The notes under the pieces are model-generated. The model was not told where the DNA came from, did no database searches, and worked only from the letters and a program-made list of their open reading frames with translations. Below, in pieces: positions 1-11,094 of a DNA stretch of 36,648 bases; the stretch's first letter is position 1; each line of letters opens with the position of its first letter. The DNA is taken from the NCBI RefSeq assembly GCF_001194135.2, contig NC_068986.1:31317406-31354053 (forward strand), written 5' to 3'. A program made the translations under genes and the position numbers. The stretch comes from Octopus bimaculoides. Lineage: Eukaryota.

Positions 1-210
1 TATATATATATATATTTATGGATATTGAATACATATTTATGTACATGTGTGTGTACAAACATACACACATACATGAATGTGTGATGTATGTATGTATACA
101 TGAATGTATCTACACATGTATGTATGTATGTATGTATGTATGCATGTATGTATGTATGTATGTATGTATGTATCTATGTATGTGCATATGTATGCATGTA
201 TGTATATGTA
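1..210. repeat. (TA)n/(TATG)n compound microsatellite
   Basis: Direct tandem repeat; source of spurious MYVC-type ORFs. Confidence 0.95.
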
Positions 211-228
211 TTGGGATATTACTTTGTG

Positions 229-548
229 AAGGTGTGTGGCTTTGTAGCTAGGGTATTTGGTTCACAATCGTAAGGTCATGAATTCAATCCCCAGGAGCAT
301 GTTGTGTCCTTGAGCAAGATACTTTATTTCTTGTTGCTCCAGTTCACTCAGCCGGCAAAAATGAGTTGTACTCGTAATTCAAAGACCAGCCTTCTCACAT
401 TTTGTGTGGCGCTGAATTTCCCTAAGAACTACATTAAAGGTATGCATGTCTGTGGAGTACTCAGTCACTTGTACATTAATTTCCATAGCAGGCTGTTCTG
501 TCGAGTGGATCGATGAGAACACTTGTCATCATAACTGATGGAGAGCCT
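229..548 (+). mobile_element. tRNA-derived SINE, local family A (variant 1)
   Basis: Degenerate A-box (GTGGCTTTGTAG) and B-box (GAATTCAATCCC), then TGTGTCCTTGAGCAAGATACTTT. Its segment GTAATTCAAAG..CAGCCTT..CACA..GCTGAAT..CCC.AGAACTAC.TTAA is shared with the element at 6912-7185. Confidence 0.8.
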
Positions 549-790
549 GTCCCAGTTTAGAATTTTTGTGTTCTTGCCCCAAGATTCTATTCCATTTGTA
601 GTAAATATATGGCAACTGAAAAATCATTTTATTTGAATAATTATAGGTCACCCCACCCACCATTCAAAACTTAATGCTTGGATGACATTTCAGTTATGTC
701 AGATATCAAATATCTATATGTCTGTAATCTGTATATCTGTGTGTATATGTTTAATTCAGAAAGAAAGAGAATAATATAGAACACTGTGTT

Positions 791-1344
791 TTAACCATTT
801 GTCATAATATATCTGTTGTAGTGAAAGTGGGACACAATATGTTTAATTTTCCCAATTTCTTTAAAAATTAAAAACAATTGTTTTTTATTCACTATTTCTT
901 TTAGTGGACATTTCAAAGAAAATTTTTGGCTAATTGTGAATATATATCATCATTGTACTTATTGTCAATAAATCATCTTTCCTTGAGTTGTCAGACAAAT
1001 TTGTTCATCTTTTATTTTCTTCCTACTTGACATTTCATTGTCATATGTCAGAAAAGAGGTAAAATTTATTCAAATTTCAAAAACTATAAACAAAAGTTGT
1101 AGAGGAAGAAGTAAGCTACAAAAAAAAAAAAAATAATGATAATAATAAACAAAATAAAAATCCCATAAAACACTCAGATAAAAATATTTTGTTTCTACTC
1201 AACATTAGAAAGGATTAAAATCAAAAGGAAAAAAAATGAATTTATCTGACAACCCAATAAAAATTAATAATAACTATCTTTGATAATTTTTAACTAAATT
1301 GAATCCTTATAACTGTTTTATTCTGCATGAACATATGACAAAAG
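791..1344. mobile_element. Probable TTAA-type (piggyBac-like) MITE remnant
   Basis: Left end TTAA-CCATTTGTCATA; partial right end TATGACAAAAG fused to the SINE C module. Internal inverted repeat GAGTTGTCAGACAAATT (~987) versus AATTTATCTGACAACCC (~1240). Confidence 0.4.
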
Positions 1345-1470
1345 AGACTGATAGAATAAGTATTAGGCCTACAAAGAATAAGTCCCGGGGTCGATTTGTT
1401 CAATTAAAGGTGGTGCTCTAGCATGGCTGCAGTCAAATGACTGAAACAAGTAAAAGAATAAAAGAATATA
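1338..1470 (+). mobile_element. SINE 3' module C (5'-truncated)
   Basis: Near-identical to other C copies (GATAGAATAAGTA.TAGGC.TACAAAGAATAAGTCC.GGGGTCGATTTGTTC...CAGTCAAATGACTGAAACAAGTAAAAGAATAAAAG). Confidence 0.9.
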
Positions 1471-2077
1471 TAATACACACACATGCATTGTGTGAGTGTA
1501 CGTGTATATTTGTGTATGTCTGTGTGTGTGTGTAAGTGAGAGAGAGAGAGTGTGTGTATCTGTATTTTTGTGTGTATGCATGTATGGGTGAGTGTGTGTG
1601 TTTAGATATGATTATTGGTACCATCCTTTCTGTGACTATCATAATCCTCACCAGCGCCACCACCACCACCACCACCATTATTGTCAGAATGTATTCAATG
1701 TTACTGAATAATTAATCTAATAACTTTGCTTTAAACTTTCAATATCTAATATCAGGTTCTGAATCTCATTTCTTAGATGGGAGTGACTGAGAAAATGAGA
1801 ATGATCTCTTTCAAGATTTACTTCGTTTTAGAAAAACACCAAGGAAATTGTGATGACAGTATTATTAATAATAACAACAACAACAATAATAATAAATCAT
1901 AGAATTTTATCTTCATTAAAAATAATAATAAACTTGAAAGTAAAGCAATTCTGATATTTGGAATTTGTTGCTCAGTTTTAGTACTTCTTGTTTCTATTTA
2001 TTCTTATTTGTCTTGTAAACATTTTAAAGTAAATTCAATTAAACTAGGTTTAATTTCTTGTTAAAAATATGGCAACA

Positions 2078-2482
2078 AACTGGCAGAATTATTTGCATGT
2101 CAAACAAAATGCTGAGCAGTATTTTTTTCCAGCTTTTTGTGTTCTGAGTACAAATTTCACTAATGTCATTCTTTATTTTTCGACCCTTTTGAGACCTATA
2201 AAATAAGGTGCCAGTCAAGTACTGGGGATTAGTGGTGGGGTGTAATTGACTAAAGCCATACCCTTAAAAACTGCTAGCTTTTTTATTCTTTTATTTGTTT
2301 TAGTCATTTGACTGCGACCATGCTGGAACACCACCTTTAGTCGATCAAATTGAACCCAGGACTTATTCTTTGTAAGCCTAGTACTTATTCTATCGGTTCT
2401 TTTGCTGAACCACTAAATTATGGGGACATAAACACACCAACATTGGTTGTCAAGCGATGGTAGGGAGACAAACACGGACACA

Positions 2483-2528
<46 letters not shown>

Positions 2529-2725
2529 TGTATATGACAGGCTTCTTTCAGTTTCCATCTACCAGATCCACTCCCAAGGCTTTAGTTGGCCTGAGGCTAT
2601 AATAAAAGACACTTGCCAAAGGTGACAAGCAGCAGGACTGAACCTGGAATCATATGGTTGGTAAGCAAGCTGCTTACCACACAGCCACTTCCGTGCCTCC
2701 ATTTGTGCCAAAATTTGAAACAAAT
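2078..2725 (+). mobile_element. tRNA-derived SINE family D, interrupted near its 3' end by the insertion at 2281-2698
   Basis: Head AACTGGCAGAA...TTCTGAGTACAAATT and central ATAAAATAAGGTGCCAGTCAAGTACTGGGG. The D tail resumes after the insert as TTGTGCCAAAATTTGAAAC (cf. CCTTGTGCC in the D copies at 9580-10023). Confidence 0.7.
2281..2698 (-). mobile_element. Composite SINE: head B + internal (TG)n + module C
   Basis: On the minus strand: tRNA/CORE-like head 2698-2536, microsatellite 2530-2478, C module 2480-2281. Same order as 23387-23831. Confidence 0.85.
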
Positions 2726-3319
2726 TTCTTGGTTAAAATGATTCCTTTCACTTCAACTAGAAATATCTTTGAGAAAGGCATCTTTTTATAGATGAGCCAA
2801 AAGAGAAAGGACTGAGATAGATATGAAACCAAACTCTTGCTGAACCTTCAAGCTTGGTGCAGGAACAGGAAGTAGAAACTGTGACAGAGGGGTTTCTGCT
2901 AATCCAAACTCAAATCCATTAAGTACCACTGCTGGAGGTCAAAAAGCTATTAGTACGTCTGACAGCAAATAGAATAGACACTTTTGGTGAGACTCAGAAC
3001 CCTATGAAGTCCACTTCAATTCATGTTCTCTACCTCATGAACAATGGCACTATGCAAAGAATGTGCGGTAAGAAGAAGCACATTAAAAGATCAAGTCAAG
3101 GGAAGAGAGTTGTGTGACATTCATAGGCTGCATTGCTACAGTATTCTTATGCCGTACAGGGTTTAAAGGATGATGCGAAGGGTAATAACTTGGGCTTCTA
3201 TTGAAAGTTCATTTTTGTTGATCTGTTTTTTATTTGGTTTGATCTGAAGGAAGGTGTTGTGCTCCTGGTTTTCACATGCACTCGCTTTATATATATATTC
3301 ATAGGTATATGTATATATT

Positions 3320-3354
3320 TCTCTGTCTGTCTGTCTCTCTCTCTATCTATCTAG

Positions 3355-3386
<32 letters not shown>

Positions 3387-3439
3387 TTATCTATCTATCT
3401 ATTTATCTATCTATCTATCTGTCTGTATGTCTATCTATC

Positions 3440-3470
<31 letters not shown>

Positions 3471-3508
3471 CTGACTGTCTGTCTGTCTGTCTGTCTGTCT
3501 ATCAATCA

Positions 3509-3552
<44 letters not shown>

Positions 3553-3620
3553 ATCTATCTGTTTGTTTTTCTGACTGTCTGTCTATGTATTGATGCACAC
3601 ACACACGCATATGCACACAT

Positions 3621-3664
<44 letters not shown>

Positions 3665-3780
3665 TCACTCACTCACTCATCCACTCACTTACACGCTCAC
3701 CCACATACATATACAAACACAACCACACCTATATAGATAGACAAACAGACAGACAGACAAATAGACAGACAGACAGACAA

Positions 3781-3816
<36 letters not shown>

Positions 3817-3830
3817 ACGGACAGAAAGAC
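3320..3830. repeat. Compound microsatellite (TCTA/TCTG)n-(CA)n-(CTCA)n-(AGAC/AGGC)n
   Basis: Direct reading. Confidence 0.95.
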
Positions 3831-4151
3831 AGAAACAGTCTTCAACTATATATGAATACCAAACAAACACAAAATAAAATATAATGCCTTGCTTTTCGCA
3901 TTTCTAATTTGGTTAACTATTTCAAATAGTGTTAGACTACAATTTGGTTGTGATTGTATCTGAAGATCTTGTAACATTTTTATTTGATAATCTTGCTCTC
4001 TCTCTCCCCCCTTTCTCTCTCTCTTTCCTTCTCTCTCTTACCTTTTCTTATCTCTTTCCTCCCTCCTCTTTTTCTCTCTTTCTTTTCTCTATCACTCTCT
4101 CTCCTTGCTCCATTCTTTCCCCTTTATGTGTTTCTCTAAATCCACTCTCAC

Positions 4152-4283
4152 AGTGATTTGAACTGGTTTTGCTTGTTTCATTCCTTAGGAATGGGTTACA
4201 TATAAGTAGTTTGGATAGATTTACAGTTTGGGTTGTAGCTGTAATTCATGCTGGCTGTGCTTCTATTACCCCCTCCTCATATC
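4152..4283 (-). other. Candidate 132-bp spliced exon (non-coding, or containing a stop)
   Basis: Minus-strand acceptor TTTTTTTCTGTTTTTAG and donor ACT|GTGAGA. All three frames contain a stop; one frame has only a single TGA. Confidence 0.2.
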
Positions 4284-4888
4284 CTAAAAACAGAAAAAAA
4301 GGCATTCCTCTTTCTTTTCTTATTCGTTTTTATTCTTGTTTTTTTGATTTCCACTCTTCCTCATAAAAAGAAAAAAATCCCAAGCAAAATGTAATAAAAA
4401 TGAAAAAAAAAAATTAACAGAATGAAAATAAAAAATAGAAAAGATAAATTAAAGAATAAAAAAATATGAAATAACGAAAGGCAAGTAAAGTATATAAACA
4501 TGAATAATAACACAAAGCAAAAAAATGCAACAAAAATTGAGTGTATGTGTATATATACTTGTACATAGATACATACATGGTGCATATATATATATATACA
4601 TGCACACACATACATACATACATACACACACATATATATACANNNNNNNNNNNNNNNNNNNNNNNNNNATATATATATATATATATATATATAGATATAT
4701 GCATATATATATGTAGATAGATATGTGTATGTATATGTATATATATATATACATACGCATAAAGAGTGCATGCATACTTTATAAAGGTTTAAATGTGCAC
4801 ATGCATATGTACAAACACACACCCACCCACATGATTACATCTATATTTCTATATAATATGTGTGTATGTACATATATTCATATGTATG

Positions 4889-4919
<31 letters not shown>

Positions 4920-4923
<4 letters not shown>

Positions 4924-5226
4924 TCATCATCATCATCATCGTTTAACGTCCGCTTTCCATGCTAGCATGGGTTGGACGATTTGACTGAGGACTGGTGAAA
5001 CCGGATGGCAACACCAGGCTCCAGTCTGATTTGGCAGAGTTTCTACANNNNNNNNNNTGGTGAAACCGGATGGCAACACCAGGCTCCAGTCTGATTTGGC
5101 AGAGTTTCTACAGCTGGATGCCCTTCCTAACGCCAACCACTCAGAGAGTGTAGTGGGTGCTTTTACGTGTCACCCGCACGAAAACGGCCACGCTCGAAAT
5201 GGTGTTTTTTATGTGCCACCCGCACA
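4920..5226 (-). mobile_element. SINE-like element E with (ATG)n tail
   Basis: Reverse complement of GGTGGCAC.TAAAA..CACC...GGTTGGCGTTAGGAAGGGCATCCAGCTGTAGAAACTCTGCC...GGACGTTAAACGATGATG; homologous to 15276-15563. Contains an assembly overlap across a 10-N gap. Confidence 0.9.
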
Positions 5227-5229
5227 TAC

Positions 5230-5328
5230 ATATAGATACATAAATACATACATACATGTATTCATATATATATATATATATATTCATTCGTATGTATATA
5301 TATATATATATATATATANNNNNNNNNN

Positions 5329-5389
<61 letters not shown>

Positions 5390-6328
5390 TGTATATATAT
5401 GCGTGTGTGTATATATGTAAATATATTTTATGATATATAAATTTATTGTGATGGTAATGATGATACATACGTACATCATGCATACATACATGTACATTTA
5501 TATGCATTTTATTCCTTGGTAAGGCATGCACACAAACTCTCAAATATCCACCAAAACAAACTTTTTCAACCACACACACACACACACACACACATATATG
5601 CACACATATGTGTACTCACATAGTACATACACAAGCACATACATTCAAAGACGTGCAAGTGTGTATGTATACATACACACATACATACATACATGTTCAT
5701 GCTCTTTCACTCAAAAACAAAAACATACGATCACAAACTGATTACATAATGCCCACGCATACATTTAAGTAGACACATAAACTAGCAAACATTGATGAAC
5801 ACACACACACACACACACACACATACTCTCACCTCACACACACACGTACACACATACACTCACACACATATAATACATATGTACACTAATAGATATATAA
5901 ATATTTACATATACTACGCATGTACTTACAAGTCCAAAAGCACTGAACATAACGTGAATAGACACACACAAACACATATACACACAAACATGTATATATA
6001 TATATATATATNNNNNNNNNNNNNNNNNNNNNNNNNNNNNNNNNNNNNNNNNNNNNNNNNNNNNNNNNNNNNNNNNNNNNNNNNNNNNNNNNNNNNNNNN
6101 NNNNNNNNNNNNNNNNNNNNNNNNNNNNNNNNNNNNNNNNNNNNNNNNNNNNNNNNNNNNNNNNNNNNNNNNNNNNNNNNNNNNNNNNNNNNNNNNNNNN
6201 NNNNNNNNNNNNNNNNNNNNNNNNNNNNNNNNNNNNNNNNNNNNNNNNNNNNNNNNNNNNNNNNNNNNNNNNNNNNNNNNNNNNNNNNNNNNNNNNNNNN
6301 NNNNNNNNNNNNNNNNNNNNNNNNNNNN

Positions 6329-6392
<64 letters not shown>

Positions 6393-6910
6393 TATATGTA
6401 TGTACATACATACACATGCACATTTATGTATACATACACACACACACACGTACATACTTAGAAACACATATAGACAGATTTACATTCACCAGAATTCATA
6501 CTTAATCTTTCAAACACATACATAAACACACATGTACATGTGCACATGCCTACCTACACATAAACGCATCCATATAAACTGATGTACACATACTTCTATC
6601 AAACCTGCAAACACACACATATACATGCTCAAACATGCGCACCCAAACACACATACAATTATACATACTCACAGGCACAAAGTTTTCATAAACACGCATA
6701 CTACGTATATTTACACCTACCCACTCGTAAACATGCCTTCACAAGCATTTGCACACATGTGCATATTATCACAAGCACATATATACAGACAGCTGATACA
6801 AATGGATGCACAAAAATATAACCATACTAGCATTTATGCATACATACACACACTCATTTTGACATGCACACACAGTCTTTTCTTTTCATATATATACACA
6901 TATACAAATG
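5230..6910. repeat. Long (TA)n/(CA)n/(TACA)n low-complexity field with gaps
   Basis: Direct reading. Confidence 0.9.
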
Positions 6911-6911
6911 T

Positions 6912-7185
6912 GGAGGTGCAATGGCCCAGTGGTTAGGGCAGCGGACTCGCAGTCATAGGATCGCGGTTTCGATTCCCAGACCGGGCGTTGTGTGTGTTTA
7001 TTGAGTGAAAACATCTAAAGCTCCATGAGGCTCCGGCAGGGGATGGTGGCGAACCCTGCTGTACTCTTTCACCACAACTTTCTCTCACTCTTTCTTCCTG
7101 TTTCTGTTGTGCCTGTAATTCAAAGGGTCAGCCTTGTCACACTGTGTCATGCTGAATATCCCCGAGAACTACGTTAAGGGTACAC
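6912..7185 (+). mobile_element. tRNA-derived SINE, family A (variant 2), 3'-truncated
   Basis: Well-preserved pol III boxes: A-box TGGCCCAGTGG (6922-6932) and B-box GGTTTCGATTCCC (6965-6977). The body shares a segment with 229-548. Confidence 0.85.
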
Positions 7186-7271
7186 TTGCCCAAGGTGCCA
7201 TGCAGTGGGACTGAACCCGGAACCATGTGGTTGGTAAGCAAGCTACTTACCACACAACTACTCCTACGCCT
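7182..7271 (-). mobile_element. SINE head B, truncated just after the CORE-like motif
   Basis: Reverse complement reads AGGCGTAGGAGTAGTTGTGTGGTAAG...GGTTCAGTCCCACTGCATGGCACCTTGGGCAAGTGT. Confidence 0.9.
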
Positions 7272-7682
7272 ATGTATACATACACACATCATCACATGCA
7301 TATTAATATATGTGTACATACACATATATGTCTTAACATCTGCACTTAAACATACACTCATGCACATAAACACAGAGACACATAGACATACATATGAACA
7401 CATACATACACCATTATCTATACACATACATGCATACACTTACACACACACACACACACACAAATACATGACTACATACATACATGCACATATACATACA
7501 TACATGCATACATACATGCATACATAAACATTCTTAGCCTGAAGCTGTGTCAGCAGATTCTGTTGTCTATTTGATGTTGCAGCAGGGTTCAGAAATTTCA
7601 GTTTTCAGCTGATTTAACTTCTTTCTTTGCCAACATATTTTGATAATCCATTAGATTCTGTTTTATTTCTTGCATTTTACAG

Positions 7683-7715
7683 CACTTACTCACTACAATA
7701 ACAAGTGTCCCACAA
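7683..7715 (+). CDS. Candidate 33-bp micro-exon (HLLTTITSVPQ in phase 0, or LTHYNNKCPT in phase 1)
   Basis: Strong acceptor TTCTGTTTTATTTCTTGCATTTTACAG and donor CAA|GTAAGG; length divisible by 3. No homology recognised. Confidence 0.25.
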
Positions 7716-8615
7716 GTAAGGCAACATTTATAGATAAATACAATATTAAACCTTGACATACTTTTGGGACACCTAGAACTTTTGCCACGCTCCCCACCAA
7801 CTCCATTTTATTACTACCATCACTTGGTTCCTAAGGGTTTTTAACAGAGATCATTCTGGTGCAAGAATTCAGACCAGATACATGGTTCTCTTCCTACTCA
7901 TGTTTTCCTTCTTGCAGATACTAACCTGTTGATCTGCAGATCTTTAGGCCCTGCATTGGTTACAGTAATCCTTTTGATACCAACCCACTCACAATGTAGT
8001 CCTAGGTATATGATGAGATTTTTAGGCTGTGCATTGATTATATTAAATCTTTCGATACCAACCTGTTGTATGTGGAAAGAAGTGCAGTCTTCCTACCTCT
8101 CCAGTTCTCTCATTGCATCAATCCTTTCCAGCTGGGTTACATCTGTAGGTGCCTTGCCCTCCTAATTTCTGGCCAGAACATAACGACAAATACCCTCTAA
8201 TTCATGCATCTACACATGTTCATCCCTGACGACTGCTGCAAAGTGAAAGAGACCCATGCTAGTCATGCTTCCGTTCATGTGACCCTCCTTGCTCCTCTCC
8301 TTCCAGTAAAGCCTCTCAGCTGTTGATGTAACCAACTTTACACCTCCGGTTCACTTCATTCCCACACAACCTGAGATGTAGTCTTTGACAGAGCTGGTTT
8401 TAAGTCAATGAGACAGATTTATTCAAATTGGGCCCTGTGCAATGAGAGGGCCCCATGCACGTTCTCAAGCAGAGGATGCTATGATGAATTTTTAGTATAT
8501 CATTGTGGCTAATGGTGGTAACTCAAGCCCTCAATGCTTTTTGGCTGGAACTGGTGAGCTACATGAAGCATAAAACATTAATCTTCAGCTTTTGTAGAGT
8601 AGAGGGCCCCACTGC

Positions 8616-8793
8616 TTGTTTATATTCAAACTGGCCAGATCTAACCTCTCAAGCATACTCTACAATGACACTCTAAAAGTAAACAATCACATCATTAAAA
8701 TCTCCAAGCTACAAGATAATGTATGATTAATTCAAAACAATATGAAAAAAGCGCATTACATTCGACAGAAAAATCTGAATGCTAAAGTGTTAA
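8616..8793 (-). mobile_element. TTAA-type MITE family 1 (partial)
   Basis: End AATCTGAATGCTAAAGTG-TTAA. Its reverse complement matches the left ~55 bp of 15926-16109. Confidence 0.7.
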
Positions 8794-8799
8794 AGTGGT

Positions 8800-8952
8800 C
8801 TAAGTTGAGACCTGTCTTCAAAACTTGATGTGATATGTTCCAAACACCAGCTTAAAAATGATAAAATTATTTTACTAAATTTTCATTATTTTCAAAATTA
8901 ATTGAAACAATAGCAGTGTATTCCAACAGAAATATGATAACATTAACGTTAA
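8800..8952 (+). mobile_element. TTAA-type MITE family 2 (partial)
   Basis: Homologous to 16225-16344 (TTCCAAACA..GCTTAA.AATG.TAAA...CAAAATTAATTGAAACA...AGAAATATG.TAA...GTTAA). Confidence 0.75.
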
Positions 8953-9579
8953 CCTTTTCAGTGAGATTGCTAGTAAAGGTCATAGGTAGTACCACTTCTC
9001 TTATAACTAAATTGTTATCTTAATTAAAAAATCATTTTCTGAATCCTGAAATTGCCAGTGCAAGTGTGTTTCTCTGCTTTGTGATAGAAATCATAAAAAT
9101 AAGTAATGTGTGAGAAATTAGCAATGGAAGCTTTATTAATAACAAAATATTAAATTGATATGAAGACATAACAGTACAGTAAAAGAATTTTAAAAAGCCC
9201 AAGAACATGGAGTTAACAGCTAAACTTTTATATCTGGCACTGGCAATATCATAATTAACCATATCATTTCTACGATCCTTGCTGTCTACAATAAAGATGT
9301 ATCAGTTAGAAACAAACATGTATAAACATGCACTTTTGAACATATGTGCATGTGTGCATGCACACACAAACACATGCACGAGTTCATGCACACACACACA
9401 TATGCGAGCGCATGGACACACATAACTGTTTCATCATCCTGAAGATGGGATTGAGAAAATCCTGAAAAGTTCTAGGATCTTCATTGTTCCAAATATAGAA
9501 GGATTAATATAGAAAAAAATCATGACTAAAAATGATCAAACCCAACCAGTCATGCTTTCAATATCATATGTACATATTA

Positions 9580-9791
9580 GGCGGGGAGCTGGCAGCAACA
9601 TTAGCATGCCAGGCAAAATGCTTAGAGGTGTTTTGTCTATCTTTACATTCTGAGTTCAAATTCCACAGAGGTCGACTTTGCCTTTCATCCTTTTGGGGTT
9701 GATAAATTAAGTATCAGTTGCATACTGGGATTGATCATTAGACTGGCTCCCTCCCCAAAAATTTCAAGCCTTGTGCCTAGAGTAGTAAAGA
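9580..9791 (+). mobile_element. SINE family D, full length
   Basis: GGCGGGGAGCTGGCAG head, B-box-like GAGTTCAAATTCC, central GCCTTTCATCCTTTTGGGGTTGATAAATTAAGTA.CAG. Confidence 0.9.
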
Positions 9792-9810
9792 ATATCATAT
9801 GCACATATAA

Positions 9811-10023
9811 AGTGGTGAACTGGCAGAAACGTTAGCACGCTGGGCCAAATGCTTAGCAATATTTCATTTGCCTTTATGTTCTGAGTTCAAATTCTGCAGA
9901 GGTCAACTTTGCCTTTCATCCTTCTGGGGTCGATAAATTAAATACCAGTTGTGTGCTGGTGTTGATCTAATCAACTGGCCCCCTCCCCCAAAATTTCAGG
10001 CCTTGTGCCTGGAGTAGACAAGA
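9811..10023 (+). mobile_element. SINE family D, full length (second of a tandem pair)
   Basis: Colinear with 9580-9791. Confidence 0.9.
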
Positions 10024-10061
10024 ATATCACATGTACATATATTTCTCCTTTTTTTATCTTT

Positions 10062-10135
10062 TCTGATGAAGGACTTGCATCTGAAACATCCAAACTCTTT
10101 TCCTTGTTTGTTAAGCATTAAACTAATACAACGTT
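10062..10135 (+). mobile_element. Possible Penelope-like 3' terminal remnant
   Basis: CTGATGAAGG..N..CTGAAACATC resembles the CTGA(T/A)GA..G...CGAAAC terminal motif typical of Penelope-like elements; recalled from memory, no alignment run. Confidence 0.35.
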
Positions 10136-10367
10136 TGTTAAACTTTCTCCCTCTCATGTTGTTTTCCTTTTGTGCTCCTTGCCTTTCAGCCTTTTGGATG
10201 AGAATACCAGTTAAGTGCTGGAAGCAATGTAATCAACTAACTCTCTGCTATACTAATTAATAAATTTACAGTGCAATTTATCGTTACTAATAACAATTAT
10301 AAAGTAATTTTTGATAGGTAACTACAAGAAATCGCCATAACAACAAAACAACAACACATATTAAATA

Positions 10368-10440
10368 ATAATCCTCTCTACTGTAAGCACAATGCCTGAA
10401 ATCTAGGAGGAGGGAAATTGTTGATTACAACGACCCCTAT
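10368..10440 (-). mobile_element. SINE D 3' fragment
   Basis: Reverse complement GGGGTCGTTGTAATCAAC...ATTTCAGGCATTGTGCTTACAGTAGAGAGGATTATT matches the D tail. Confidence 0.7.
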
Positions 10441-10460
10441 TCATTTCATTGACTCTGGAA

Positions 10461-10612
10461 GTGTGTTTACGTCCCTGTAATTTTGTGGTTCGGCAAAAGA
10501 GACCGATAAAATAAGTACTAGGCTTACAAAGAATAAGTCCTGGGGCCCGATTTGTTCGATTAAGGCGGTGCTCCAGCATAGCCACAGTCAAATGACTGAA
10601 ACAAGAAAAAGC
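10461..10612 (+). mobile_element. SINE module C
   Basis: Homologous to 36466-36648 (reverse complement) and 1338-1470. Confidence 0.9.
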
Positions 10613-11062
10613 ATACAAGAATGCTGACTGGGAAAAATATTTAAATAGGAAAATGTTCAGTACTGAAGAATAATGGTCCAACATCCAAAATAAACTCTGA
10701 ACCTCTAGCATTGTAGCTTATCAAAATAAGATGATAAACATTTTTAGCAAAATCTTATATTTTTGTCTTGGACTTTTCTTTTATCTCTCATTTGATATGG
10801 TTCCTTTGTTTTTGGCTAAGCTTCTTTTTTTTTTTAATTCTACAAACATTTTCTTAGTGTTAATCAGATTGTTTATTATCTCACACTCTATAAAATTTTG
10901 TCTTTTTTTTTTGTATGTATTTCTCTGACCCATTTTTTTTTGTTTTCCTTTTTCACTTTCAGACCAACTCCCCCATATCCACTATATTAATATTCCATCA
11001 TGTCTCATCATATTGTTACCAAGATATATATGTGTGTGTGTGTGATTGTGTGCATGTGTGTT

Positions 11063-11094
<32 letters not shown>

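Noticed and set aside
2760-3270. Unique-looking GC-richer block
   Set aside because: The frames I examined are interrupted by stops and show no recognisable motif; probably old TE debris, but I cannot classify it.
4994-5111. Exact ~54-bp duplication inside element E across a 10-N gap
   Set aside because: Identical sequence on both sides of a placeholder gap indicates contig-overlap artefact.
6912-6990. Possible tRNA gene
   Set aside because: A and B boxes are present but there is no convincing acceptor-stem pairing, and it runs into a SINE body; this is a SINE head.
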